Positions 25,810 through 38,764 of a stretch of DNA of 64,000 bases are shown here, piece by piece. Below the pieces are notes generated by a model. It had not been told where the DNA came from, did no database searches, and saw only the letters and a list, made by a program, of their open reading frames with translations. Positions within the stretch are counted from its first letter, which is position 1, and every line of letters starts with the position of its first letter. The stretch covers positions 111,664,001 to 111,728,000 of the forward strand of contig NW_024704742.1 in assembly GCF_018977255.1 (NCBI RefSeq). The letters run 5' to 3'. The translations under genes were made by a program, and so were the position numbers. This DNA comes from Callorhinchus milii (Eukaryota).

Positions 25810-26057
25810 TAAAAAATAATACTTGCATTAGATGTAGCGTCTTATCACGTCTTTGAGATGTCTCAAATGCTTCAAAGAATATACTGTAAAGTGAATTTAC
25901 TGCATATTTTTTGTGGGCGGAATGCAGTACCAATTGTGCACAGCTATGTCCCACAAGTAGTTGTAGATTAAGTGATCAAATTATTATTATTATTTTTAAT
26001 TTTTGGAGGGTTCATTACCCACAGAAAAGCAATCCGCCAATCGACCAACAGTTGGGT
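25810..26057 (-). mobile_element. tRNA-Ala SINE, long form, 5'-truncated
   Basis: Tail and body to aatccgccaatcgaccaacagttgg. Confidence 0.85.
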
Positions 26058-26187
26058 TTACAAACATTAAAATTAACTTCAGTGCTCCTGGGATAGGGAG
26101 GGGAAGTGCTTCTGAAGGGGCTCCTATCTCCCAATAGCTATTTAGCGACCCCAGATGGATATTGTCTATGTATAGCCGAAATGTGAA

Positions 26188-26500
26188 GTTCTATAGCTCA
26201 GTGGTTAGAGCACTCGCCTTGCAAGTGAGAGAACTGGGCTCGATTCCCGGCAGGGCGAAACTTTGGGCAAGTTTTCTTACTCCACACGCCTGATAATAAT
26301 CCCTCAAGAAAATAATAATAATAATAATTTGGTCACTCAATCCACGACTATTTGTGGGACACTGCTGTGCGGAATTGGCTACCGCGTTTCGCCCACAAAT
26401 ATACAGTCAATTCACTTTACAGTATATTCTATGAAGCGCTTTGAGACATCTAGAAGATGTGAAAAGCGCTATATCAAATGCAAGGATTATTTTTTATTGT
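26188..26500 (+). mobile_element. tRNA-Ala SINE, short form
   Basis: Complete head tagctcagtggttagagcactcgccttgcaagtgagagaactgggctcgattcccggcagggcg. Confidence 0.93.
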
Positions 26501-27276
26501 AATGTGTAAAAACGCAAATTAATTTGCTTTTCAGCTAACCTGCTTGAATTGTAATATTTTTTCCTAAGATCTTAAATCTTTCCATTGAGGGCTTACAGGC
26601 TGACAGTTTGATATCCTCCACCTGAGTCTTATTCTTTGGTATTCACAAATAATGAAGCAATTGGGGTCATTGCCCTTATAGCAAAGTAATTATCAAGTAA
26701 ATAGCTTCCACATACTTGGCCCTATGTGCAGTTTGTGAATATATACCTATATTTCAGCTCCCAAGTAACTTCTAACTCTGTTTTAAATTTAAACAGCTAA
26801 TTTCTAAGCCAATCTCATTAGAAAAACACTTTTGTTTTCTAGTGTAAAACATTGTTGCAGCCACAGCAGTGCTAATTGGTGTAATGAGAAATCTGAGCTT
26901 CAGTAGTTGAGTGGGTGGATAGCTGATCGGATGGTGCACAAGCCTTCGGGGTAACAAGAAATGAAAAATGGAATATATAAAATAACACATTGACTCTTCT
27001 GAGGAAACGTACAAGGGGATGTGCACAGCATGACGTGTTTTCTTCTTTAAACAAGCTGGCATTTCAAAATTCCAGAGCTAGGCATGTGTCCATGCAAAAG
27101 TGTTCAACAGGGAGCCTATAAGTGCAGTTTGCTTTGGTTTGTTACAAGATATTGCTGCAATCCCAACAAGCACATGTCCCATAAAATTTAATATGGCAAA
27201 GCAATATTGTTTTTTGGGGGGCCCAAGATATTTATTAAAGGGGAAGTAACACTCTTCCTTTAATTTCAACGCAATC

Positions 27277-27346
27277 CGTTACTGTGAAGCGCTCTGAGAT
27301 GCTGTCCGGCGTGGAGGGCGCTATATAAATCCAAGTTGTTGTTGTT
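27277..27346 (+). mobile_element. Isolated L2 3' stem-loop tail
   Basis: gttactgtgaagcgctctgagatgctgtccggcgtggagggcgctatataaatccaagttgttgttgtt, matching the 20216 copy. Confidence 0.9.
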
Positions 27347-27879
27347 CTCTGCTGTTGTGTTGTTTACAAATGCTTGGTCGTTTAAGGTCACTTAAGGTTA
27401 CCATGACATCTTTGTTGCCACGAAGGGCATGTCTCCTTGGACTCATGTCTCCTGTGTAGGAAATCATTCTGATTTCAGTAATGGTATTTGTGTCATAGAT
27501 AATAGGATTTCAGCTTTTAATTCTTGATTAAACACAAATGAAAGTGGCCAAATTAGACAAGCATTGACTTCTAGTGATCAACACAATAAACTAAACTGAA
27601 ATGTAATATTTAAAATCAAGTAAAATAAATAATATCAAATTAATTATTGTGCTAGAGTAGTTTGCCTTCAAGACCATCCAGCATGTCTAAGTCAAGCTGG
27701 AACAATTGTTTACAATAGGGATCTTGCCCAAGGGCAGCTTGTAGACACAACACAGTATAAGAGACAAAATGGATAGGGCAACAATATAAATCAAGATGTT
27801 ATGTTACTAAAGATTTAGCTGGGGCTATTTTCATTCTAACATGTGTTTAATTGTTGTGAGAATCAATCATACGATTACA

Positions 27880-28262
27880 AGATCATAAGATAAGTTTGGT
27901 GGAAAAGGCCCTTTAGCCCATTGGATCTCATCCATAAAGAATATTCATCCTACCAAGGTCCTATCACAGTATCACGTTGCTTTATAATGGAGTCGAGTTC
28001 TTGTTGTTAATTTACCTCTTGCTAAATAAATATTTTTCTGTGCCTGTCTTGAAATTTCCCTTTGCAACTCTAAACCTGTATCATCTTGTTTTACTGCCGT
28101 CTTTGTGCATTGTAAAGTATTATTCTGGGTTTTTTCTTTCAATCCCATTTAAAATGTCATATGCCTCACTGAGGCATTATGTTTTCAAGATTCTAGCTTT
28201 TGTCTAATCATTGCTCAACTAACATGACCATCCTATTTGCTTTCCTCTGCACTCTCTCTACA
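27880..28262 (-). mobile_element. Old CR1 3' fragment
   Basis: cataagataag..aaggccctttagcccat 3' end; aatcccatttaaaatgtcatatgcctc; gctttcctctgcactctctc. Confidence 0.6.
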
Positions 28263-28499
28263 GCCGGGCAGCTCCTGCTAACTTTGAAGCATATTAAATA
28301 AAATTATATAAGACTGTGCTATAATCCTTCCATTTGATCCTGCCTTTAACATCGAAAAATCTCAAAGCTGATCAATGAAGTGAGTCTCATTTTGAGAGTC
28401 CAATATGGGGATGATTCTCTGATTATTCCCAATGAAAGTTCACAGTTCAAAAAGCAATAAATATACTGATCAGAAAAGAATCAAATGGTCTTCATCGGC

Positions 28500-29010
28500 A
28501 CAACCAAGAACTAATAACAGGAGAATTTGTTCTTATGAATCTGAAGATTTTATTGGAAGGCCAGAGATCCATACTGATACTATGCTTCAAGAAACTAGAA
28601 GTATTGTTCCCTTTAGACTGTCGGGGAAATGACTGCATAATACATCTACATTACTCAGTCTTAGACAATAGACCACCAGAATTCAGATATTTCAAGACTA
28701 CAAGGGTCTTTGAAAAACACTATTTCTGCACTGCAAGAAACTGAGATACATATTGCCAATAAACTACCATTGATGTGGATGCTTAAGACGATTGCATCCC
28801 ATTAGTGCCACAAACAAAAATAATGGATAAAAATGTTTTCTGCCACAGTTACTTTCAAAAAGAAGCACTGACCACAATTAAGGCAAAAAGAGCGAGGAAG
28901 CATCTAACAACTTGTTCCATGGATAGTGGCCTCAGCTCATTTTCTTGATACTGACATTTGTGGACTTGAGAATACTGTAACTGCAGAAATGTACTCTTCT
29001 TCTACCCTCT
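28500..29010 (+). mobile_element. Possible highly decayed RTE-clade LINE C-terminus
   Basis: Frame-switching remnants in the expected order: LKI/YWKA, LDNRPP, TIDVDA*DD, AKRARK, DICG..CNCRN; resemble RTE IxWxD..DxRxPK..IDxxxWE..CxxCGxxC. Confidence 0.35.
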
Positions 29011-30418
29011 GAAATAAGGGCATTACGCATATGAAACACATATCTTTCTAATTTAATAAATCTTTCCAGTTTAGAGACACAAACATTGTGCTGCCATGAT
29101 AAAGATATGTACTCAAGAAAATTGCATAAACTGTTCCTTTGAAATTCACCACCATACAGTATTGGATATAAAGATTTTCACAATAACTAGACAGTGATAT
29201 GATCATACAAGGTACTGCTTTTTATTAAACAACATAATTATAATCTTGGCTTCTGTTAATTAAGAAAACTATAAAAGTTTTATGTGAGGGAAGTGAAAAG
29301 ATGCTGAATTTCTGAACCACCGTAGTTAAATTTTGTTTTCAGAAACAAATATTTCCTCGTGACATTTAACAGCAACTGGTCACAGTGCATAATTGTCATG
29401 TCATGTTCAGCATTATATGAAAAATGCATTTATACACTGCAAAAGATATCTGCAGTTAGACACTGAAAATTCATTGAAGCATCCGAGAGCCTACAGGTAA
29501 ATGGATGCCCACTCCCAGTAGTTTAATTGAGGTATGTATCTGGAATCTCTGGCAGTCCACAGGTCTCTTATATGATCTTAGCTCTCTGATAACTTATTTT
29601 TAGTAATATTTCCTCATCTTTAATTTATCCTATGTTTTTCTTGTTTTGAAATGCAAATAGACTATTCCGTAAGTTGCACCTGAGTTACACAAGCTGAGAT
29701 CTCATCAGGAATAAAAAAGGGTGAAGTCAAAAGCATTAAAATGGAGTCTATAGTCTAATAAAATAAAGTCAAATAGTGTGAGCAACCTCACATTTAGTAG
29801 TTAGGCCCCTATCTGCAGCAGATGTTAAGCCTATAGTGGATATCATTTGCAGTTTCCCAGCAAGGTACACTAATAACTTGGCAATTGAATGGACTGTATC
29901 TAGACAGATAATACTTGCCGACTGCTGAGTCTGTTCAGTGCTCTGCTGGTTAGCACCATTTGAACAGCGAGCTATTAAGCTGTACTTTTTTTTAAAAAAG
30001 TTTCCCTTGTCTTCAAAGGCAACGGCAATGACACATTTTCTTTTTTCTTTTGTTTAATTCTCTTCCCATTTCTTCCCTCTTCTACTGAGGGCAAAATCTG
30101 ATCTTGGAAAGTTGATCGTCTATTACCAATATCTCACTCAATTCTTCAACCATGTAAACTCGAGAAGAAATGTATCAGAAATGCTGAGGCAGTAAGAGAA
30201 AAAGGATTGTGAAGGATAATTTTAGGATGGACACCAGGAATTATTTTTTACATAGAGGATAATCAAAAGCTAGAATAGCTAACTAGGAATTAGAAAAGAA
30301 GTCAGAATGTTGGATTAACAATAATACTTGTATTTGATATAGTCCTATAACACAATGTCAAACCATATCAAATGAAACTCCCTTCTCTTTTCGAATAGTG
30401 CCATCGGACCTTTAAACA

Positions 30419-31002
30419 CCTTGGGTGTGAAGATACGTGGGGTTTCCTTGAAGCTGAACTGGCTCCAAGGTGACATGCCTGACAACGGAATGTCAGAATT
30501 GAGTCAGCCCTCTGTGGCAGACTTGGTAGTCTGGTTTCTGAGCCAGGGGGGACTACAGTATTCCAGGTTACTGCTGATGACAGCACAGCCAGCCTGGTTC
30601 ATCAGCAGGACCTGGAAGGTCATCCCACTCAGCTCCTGTTAACCCTGCAAGCCAAAGCCCTAAAGGTTAGAGTTGTCCTAGCTGGCCAAGCAGCAGGAAA
30701 GCTTTCCAGAAAGCAATATCAGTGGCAAGTTATGCGGTTTTAACTGGATAGACTTCAGCAGTACCCCAACGCAAACTCTAGGGTCCCCCAGCCTTGGCTC
30801 TAGCCAACCTGGCCTAGTTCTCTCTGGAATTAGGTAAACAGGATGCAACCCTCCAGTGAGAGAGTGCACATTCCATTCAAACAGCCAATCTCTGGGATTT
30901 CCATGTGTAAGTGAGATGTATGGTAATCTCATATTGGTTTGGATATTCTTAATTATTGTGATGGGTTTCCATAGTTGTCAGACACTGAGCTCACTCCAAA
31001 AA
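30419..31002 (+). repeat. Unclassified ~600-bp repeat, copy 2, inserted into a minus-strand Deu SINE
   Basis: Host SINE pieces at 30318-30420 and 31002-31085; degenerate 13-bp duplication acctttaaacacc / atctttaacctcc. Confidence 0.85.
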
Positions 31003-31564
31003 TCTTTAACCTCCACCAGAACATGCAGAAGGGATCTTGGTTTAACGTCTCATCTGAAGGACAGTACATCTGGCAATGCAGCGCTTATTACATTGATAAG
31101 GGATGCTACCCTGCGTGAGGGCGCTATATAAATGCAAGTTGTTGTTGTTATTGTTACTATCTAATTACTCTTAAATGGTACGACTATATTTGTAGGTGAA
31201 TGTAGCAGCCAAAATGTCCACTGTATTATGCCACAAACAGCCATGAAGTGAATAACCAACTGTTCCTTGGTTCACTGATGGTAGTCTGGGTGACAAGTCA
31301 TCAATCAAATTGAGTTTTGTTGCTGCCATAATCTGAAGTGTAGCAATAAGAATGAACACAGCAAAAATAATGGGACCCTACAGGAAGTCTAACTAGGAGG
31401 AAATAGCTGCAGTGCAAGAAGGAGAATGTGCATGGAGCAACACTTTTTTTTATTTTACATTTTGGTTAGTAAAGCGTAAATGTATTTTTTTTAATTGAGT
31501 AATAGTCCATTTCAATAACGGTCTACCATTGATTTATTGAAATTTGCATTTGATATTTTGGTAA

Positions 31565-31992
31565 TACTAATAATAAATAATAATCCTTTCATTTGATATA
31601 ACACCTTATCACATAATCACCACATCTCAAAGAATTTCACAGGATATACTTTTATACTGTGAAGTTGCGTGACTGTGTATTTTATGGGTGAAGTCAATTT
31701 GCACACAGCAATATCCCAGAAACAGCCTTGGAGTGAAGACCAATTTTATTTGTGGTATTGTTGGCCAAGGCACTGGGATAAATACCGTTCTCATTTTGAA
31801 TAGTGCAATAGGATCTTTAATATCTACTTGGATAGGCAGATGGGACGTCAGTTTAACATCTCATCTGAAGGACGGCACCTCTGACAATCCAAACACCCCC
31901 TGTCTCCCCCCCACCCCCAGCTGATGTGAAGCTTGAACTCGCAATCTTTTGAGACAGAGGTGAGAATGCTACCAAATGATCTGTGCTGACAC
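31565..31992 (-). mobile_element. Deu-domain SINE, near full length
   Basis: Tail, ttgttggccaaggcactggga, gaatagtgcaataggatctttaat, gtttaacatctcatctgaaggacggcacctctgaca, head. Confidence 0.85.
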
Positions 31993-33289
31993 ACAGAAAT
32001 GAATGAATGAAAACATTTATTTACATTTTTAAACAGAACTTTTCATTTTGCAAAAATATGCATTCAAATATTTTCAATTATTTATGGTAGCTCTAGTAGC
32101 AATACATTAGCAATCTTTCTTATAAATATTTTAGCCCACCAGGCATGTTAGTTGCTATCCAACAATAAAATAATAAAATGCGTTTTTAGAAATAACATTA
32201 TTAAATCTCTATTGAAGCTTTTCCAGAGTGGTCAAACATTGGTATTATTCTGTTATTTCAATAATTAATAATCCACCTTATACAATCTCCTTGAAGAACA
32301 GTAAGAAAGTGTAAAAGATCATTGTTATCTGATTCACGCATGAACTTACTTTTTTTTATTTTATTCTTTATTGTGATTCTTTATTTGATAATTCTCTCAC
32401 ATCTCGATATTGTTTATTTGAAACTTGTTCTGGTTGGTATAAAAATAGAGGCGTGAGGTATACCCTACACATAGACAATATTTAGGCTTGGAACAATGAA
32501 AAGATCTTGCTTGACTGATTTGGTTCATATGTTGCTAGTTTGGCCTGATGTAAATTCCAATGACTCAGTTAAATGAGGGCAGACTTCAGATATCAGATCT
32601 TATAATTGCACACCAACGTGCCAGAAATGATAACGTCTATGATGGCACTAAAGACAGGTTTTGCAACATTCTATTACGTTTCTGATGAACTTTAATAGGG
32701 TTCATGGAACTGTTCTTTGAACCAAGAATTTGGCTATTCTTGCATCTAGGGTTTTACATTTAGTGGTTAAGATTCCTACTGTGAAGCTTGTCCGTCAAGC
32801 CTTGCCAAACATCTGGAAGAATAAACAATTTGATCCCATCCAATTCCTATACTTGAGAAGGATGTATGATGTGTAAAACATTTCTGGCACACATACATAA
32901 CAGGAAGTGCAATTGTATGTTGTTTGCAAGCCAGTTGGTAATACTTGTGCAGTTTAGCATTTAACCAAAATATTCAAGGTGACATTGATTCATTTATGCC
33001 ACAGTAGGTTTTGGGCACATCCATCTCCTTACACAGCTGTTAAATATTATAATATTATGAGATGCATTGGACAGTTTTGTGCATCATCATCAGGAAATCA
33101 CCCATAACATACTCCACTCTACAGTGTATACTATTTTGTTACAATGGGCAGGCAACAATGATTCTCAAAAAACACAGAAAAGGTGAAGAGGTTATTTTTG
33201 CTGCTACCATAAAGCTATAGATGTGGGATTAACTCTGACACATGAGAATCTCTGGAGTATCTGGTCTTTAATCTTCTTAAAATGGAGGA

Positions 33290-33560
33290 ATCATAGAATT
33301 ATTTCAGCACACCACAAAAGACCAGTGCCAATTCTCTATAAGAATGAACTGTCTTGTCCCACTCCCATCTTTTCCCATACCTTTTCTATTTTCCCTTTTC
33401 AAATATTTTTCTAATTTTGCTTTTTAAAATGCTATTATGGATTCTGTTGAACTATCATTTTTTACTAGGCCAATCCATGCCCTAATACCCATCAGGACAA
33501 AAGAAAGTCTCTTAACTTTTCGCTTTGTTCTTCTTGTAATGAGTTTAAATTGATATTCTC
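33290..33560 (-). mobile_element. Old CR1 3' fragment
   Basis: aatcatagaatt tail; gagtttaaattgat; caatccatgccctaatacc. Confidence 0.55.
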
Positions 33561-33769
33561 CGGGTTAACTTGTGTCAAATGATGCCATTTTCTCATCAGT
33601 TTTTAATTTAATTCCAGCACGCTGATGTGAAGCTACATGGAGGGGCAGGGGAGGGGGTTGAAATTCCTCTGCTCGATACAATTACCAACTGTTGGCCTGA
33701 AATTTCCCCGAGTCTTAACTTGTAAGTCCATTTCGTCATAAATTTTTCAGATCAGGTACAAATGTGGAA

Positions 33770-33858
33770 AATTCTTCAATTCAGTTTAAATTTGGAAGAC
33801 AGCTCTTTTTAAGAACTACAGAAAATCAGCTTCCAAATTAATATTGGATTGAAGAATT
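33770..33858. repeat. Imperfect inverted repeat with 29-bp arms
   Basis: aattcttcaattcagtttaaatttggaag (33770-33798) vs cttccaaattaatattggattgaagaatt (33830-33858). Confidence 0.75.
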
Positions 33859-34314
33859 CTGATATTCAAAGTTAAATATGAAGGCAAACTGGCCTTAAGG
33901 TGGTGAAGGTGTAAGGTTGAATCAATTGGTAGCACTCTCTCCTCTGAGTCAGAAGGTTGTGGTATCCACAGAAGTGTATAATAATAATTCACATTTATTC
34001 TGTTTTGAACAAACTGGAAGGTAATGGGCTGGTTGAAGTGATGGATAAGCCTGATGTACTCTTTAGTTGTTGATGAAAGTGGCAGTGACTAATTCATGCT
34101 AACCCCACAGTTTCTATATCAGCATTACACACACATCCCTGAATGAAGCATAGAGAAGGATAGACTTTTAAAATACAATTGCATTTTAACCAAAACATCA
34201 GGAATAAAATCTGTCTACATTGAAAGAGCAAACAAATCTACATTTGTATATAATGCATGTTTTTGGTTTTATATCTTGGAGAAAAAGCTAAAAGTTAATA
34301 ATATTTGACCACCT

Positions 34315-34745
34315 GGTCCGACACATGCAGAAAAACACTATAATAATGAAGAGTATCCACACCAGACCAAGAGTTCAAAATATGCTTGTCGTCTACGCCT
34401 ATGGCATGCACATTTCCCATTTTCTGAAATAGAGTTTGCACAGTCTCCCTAGAGAGATGCAACCTGCTTACCTAATTGCAGAGAGTATTAGGCACAGGAG
34501 ACCCCAGGTTACAACTGAGTTTAACCAGTTAAAACAGCAGAGTTCACAATGGCAAAAATTCTGCTACTTGTTCAGCTAGGACCAAAATACCCATTATAGC
34601 TTTGTAGTAGGGCTGACAGGAACTGAGTGGGAAGAATCCCTGCTCAACCACGATTGTTCTGGCCCCTCCAAGTCCTGCCAATGAGGCAGGCAGGCTGGTC
34701 TGACATGAACAGTGCCTTGGAGTATTGTGGACTCACCACTAACAA
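34315..34745 (-). repeat. Unclassified ~600-bp repeat, copy 3
   Basis: acaggaactgagtgggaagaatccctg..ccaagtcctgccaatgag..ttggagtattgtggac. Confidence 0.75.
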
Positions 34746-34816
34746 GATGACCACAACGGTATGACGCAATATCAACATCCATGACCAGGCTAATCGGTTC
34801 TGTTCTCAGGATCCAT

Positions 34817-34883
34817 TCCCTTGTACTGATTAAGATTTGGTGCTTTCACCACCACAGCCCAGTTTCAATTCCTGGGGAGGGAA
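34817..34883 (+). pseudogene. tRNA-Glu(TTC)-derived sequence, CpG-decayed
   Basis: tgattaagatttggtgctttcaccaccacagcccagtttcaattcctggggagggaa aligns to vertebrate tRNA-Glu TGGTTAGGATTCGGCGCTTTCACCGCCGCGGCCCGGGTTCGATTCCCGGTCAGGGAA, mostly via CG>TG/CA changes. Confidence 0.8.
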
Positions 34884-36079
34884 GTATCTTGTTAAGCACT
34901 CTGATACATTACCCTGTGTGAAGGGAGCAAAATGAATACAACTTGTTGTTGTCTGGCTACTATAGCCCTGGCCATCTGAGCCATGTGTCTAGTTACAACC
35001 CTTTTTGTCTCACAAAGTCTGTAACAGAAAGTGACGGGCTGTCAACAGTTTGTGCTATTTCCCCTAACTTTCATAGAATCATAGAATTATACAGTTCAGA
35101 AGGAGGCCATTCGGCCCATCGTGTCGAGAACTTTGTAGAGTTCGGCCCAACTTTGTAGAGAATCACCAAAAATAATCCCCAAATTCACCAAATGAAAGCA
35201 ACCATGCCCGAAGTTCTTTCTTCAATTCAGTTATCAGTTATATATATTTCTTTGTACTCTGTAGAAACAGAAGATATCACTCACCCAAAAACTACACAGT
35301 CTGGATGAGCCATTGGGTAAAGTCTGCACCGATTCAATACAAAGTAATTTATACTTATATAGGGCCGTTTACTTAGAGAGGACATCCCAAAGTGCCTTCA
35401 GAGCTTTTCCCTTCTTTTATGAAGCGAGAACAAAACATCATGGATTCAATCTTAGTCAGAAAGACAAAACAAATGTAAAGTTTAAGGCACCTTTTGGTTC
35501 TTCTTGACAAATAAAAAGCAGAATGTTTTGATTTATATTCAATTCTAAGAAATATTTTTTTTCTGAAAGATGTCCCATTGCGTGCTGCAAAAGCATTTCT
35601 AATTTAATGAATGCTCAACTGATAGAGAAAAGATTCCATCCACAGTAGGACAGACTCTTGCAATGGATCATTTGACAGGAAATTTGCTATCTGATTGAAG
35701 AGTTATAGGGTATCAATCTTACACCATTCAACGGAGCATGCCCCAGTCACTGTTCAGATAGCAAGCGAGTCAGTTGAGCCTCTTATCAGTTGTCTGTTAG
35801 TGTAATTAAAGGTTAGTTAGTCTGAACTGTGGAAGTCTCCAGACAATACACCTTTATCAGTCATCTGACCATTTTTTACTTGGAGTTAAAATAGCTGCTG
35901 ACTGAGATCCCGTTTTTTCCTAATAATAACTGCACAGCTGTTGATTTGACTTGGTTCGATGGAAATATTATTCATGTTTTTGCATCTTTTTCTCTCCCCC
36001 ACATCCTCTTCTCAAGGTTATTATCCAGGCTGGGTATGGTTCCATAGTCACTAAAAATCCGCTGGTGACTTGCAATGAT

Positions 36080-36300
36080 ATTAATCCTTGCATTTGATAT
36101 AATGCCTTATCACATCATCAGAAGTCTCAAAGCTGTTCATAGGATATACTGGAAAGTGCAGTGACTGTATTTGTAGGCGAACATGCCAAAAATTCACACA
36201 GTAATGACCAATTTTATCTGGAGGATTGTTGGCCAAGACATGGGAGAAACTCCCTGCTCTTTTTGAATGGTACCATGGGATCTTATCATCCAAATGAATA
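36080..36300 (-). mobile_element. Deu-domain SINE 3' half
   Basis: Tail plus ggattgttggccaagacatgggagaaactccctgctctttttgaatggtaccatgggatctt. Confidence 0.8.
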
Positions 36301-36451
36301 GACCTTCAGAACACAGCTTGGTGACAATAATGGCACTAACCTGGCCCAGGCATCCTTGACTAGGGAGGGAAGCTCAATTTGTTAACTCAAACATGAGGAA
36401 AGATCACTTAAAGGCCAATCACTATATGCAATCACTATACTTCACAGGTTT

Positions 36452-37030
36452 GGGGTTTTTTTGCTCAGTGTCTGACACATGCAGAATTCTATTGCCATGC
36501 TTAAAAGTATCCAAATCAAATTGAGAGTTCCATACATTCCACCTTGACATGGAAATTTTCATGATTTGGAATGGAATGCTCACTCCTTCCCTGAAAGCAC
36601 ACACCCTGCTTTTCCTAAATCTGGAGAGTATCTGTCTGGCAAGGTTTGGGGACCCTAGAGTGTTTTTTGGGGGTACTGGTGGATTTTAAATAGCTAAAAC
36701 CATATAGTATTATTGAAACCACTGACTGGCAAACTCTCCTGTTGCTTGTCCAACTAGGACCACGCTACTCAGTAAGACTTTGGCTTGCAGGATTAACAGG
36801 AGCTGAGTGGGAAGAACTGGTCTGCCCCTCCAAGTTCTACCAATGAGCCAGTCATAGTGCTGTCATCAGCAATGCCCTGGAGTACTGCGGACCTGCCCAG
36901 CTCAGGAACCAACCAACCGAGACCGCCACAGAGGGTTGGTTTGATTCTCACATTCCATTGAATGTCACCTTGGAGCCAGTGCAATTCCAAGTAAACCCTT
37001 TTTATCTTTCCCCCAAGCAGGATAGTAACT
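36452..37030 (-). repeat. Unclassified ~600-bp repeat, copy 4 (near full length)
   Basis: Minus strand runs actatcctgcttgggggaaagat..ggctccaaggtgacat..gtgtcagacactgagcaaaaaaa. Confidence 0.88.
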
Positions 37031-38764
37031 AGCTGGTCACTTAACATCTGACAAGTGCGGGTTTCAGCCCTCACTAGGTGAATGGCAGATACCAGGAACT
37101 TCTATGAGCTCCATTGTGGGCACAATAAATTTTGTGAAGCGCTTTGAGATATCTTCCTGACTTGAAAGGCGCTATATCAAATGCAAGGATTATGTTATTG
37201 TTCAACATCTGACGTGAAGGACAGCACTCTGGGCACTGTCACCATTGCACTGGAGGTGTTACCTACACCGGGAGCTCAATGTCCATAACATGTGAACAAC
37301 AAATTATGCTTTAATGGGACCATTCAAGGGTCTAGTATCACTTCGCAAATAAATGGTTTAAAATACATATTGCATCCACCTTTTAATGAAAAGTGGACAG
37401 AAAATTTTCCAAAATATTGATGAAATTACGTAAGTACCCAACTTGCTTAATTGCTGAGTAAGAGAAATTCAACTCCACTAGAATTAAAAAATGATGACGA
37501 ACTTGTGTTAAAGAGCATTGCAGAATTCTGAAGCAGTTAGGAAACCAATTGACTCCAATAACATTAGACACATCTGTGAATGCAGCTCGCAGTGTGAAAT
37601 TGAAGGTGATAATGTCACAACAGCTATAAAAGACGATTTTTAGACTTGGCACCACTGGAAGTGCCTGTAAACATTGCCATGAAATGATGCCAACACATTA
37701 TAGTGGAGAGGCATTTTCTCCATTCTCCCCTGCCTCCACCACGAACACGCTCACACACACACACACACAAAAACAGCAAACAACTAAGGTGGGGAATGTA
37801 ATAATACTGTACATGATGGCCAGTGTCTGTGATTCAAAGGACAGGCCATTCGATCTGTAAAAAAGCTTTCCAACCTGAAGAAAAGCACAAAGTAAATCAT
37901 TGTTGTACTGTAGCTAGGTAGGGGTAGTACGCACATTAGGGAAAGTTGAATTTGCAAATGAAATATTCAGTAAAGATACTAGCATTATTAATAAGTAAGG
38001 TAGGAGTGAGAGGTGATAAGAGTAGAGTTTTGCAAAATGCGATGGATATGTCATAATGCAAGAATAACAAGGAAGGATTTTTCATTGAGCCAATTATTCT
38101 CAAACCCCATTATTCTGTGTTCAAAGACAAAGGCAGGACACCGTCATAGGGTACACGGCAACAGAAATCCTCAGAGCAAAAACAACTGAAGAGGCAATTG
38201 TAGATATGAAGAGATAGCAGTGGATGCAAAGAGGCAATAGTGGATGTGTAGAAAGCAAAAGTGGATATATTAAGAGACGAGTGGATGTGACCAGCCGATA
38301 AAATTTGGAAAACTTAAGAGATTTTGCAGGAGAGAAAGGAAATAGTAGCCCTTTACCTTTATCATAATATATATTGTTCTGATATATGTCTGTCCTCACA
38401 CAGATCAATAAGAATCTTGAGGTAATGGCTTGCAACAGTCTCATGTATGGAGGAGTCACGCCAACGACAGTTCTGTTCCAAGATGCAAATTTGGGAACAA
38501 AACATATCACACATATGTTGCAAGTATTACAGTGTAATAAAATGCTGTGAAATAGCAATTTCACTCTGTGAATTTGTCCATATTAAAATATTTGCAGAAA
38601 CATTGCTCAGTTGGAGAGCTCACTCAGAAAACCTAGTAACAAGATCCTTTGGCACTTGCTTCCCTATCTGCAGTAGCTGATGCACTCTGATAATGAAGTG
38701 GATTACCTGTCAATATGGTGTACCACGTACCTCTATAACAAAGCGGTACACAGCAAACCTCCCT

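Noticed and set aside
38121..38564. 147-aa ORF on minus
   Set aside because: Hydrophobic low-information translation of the complement of A-rich DNA; no motif
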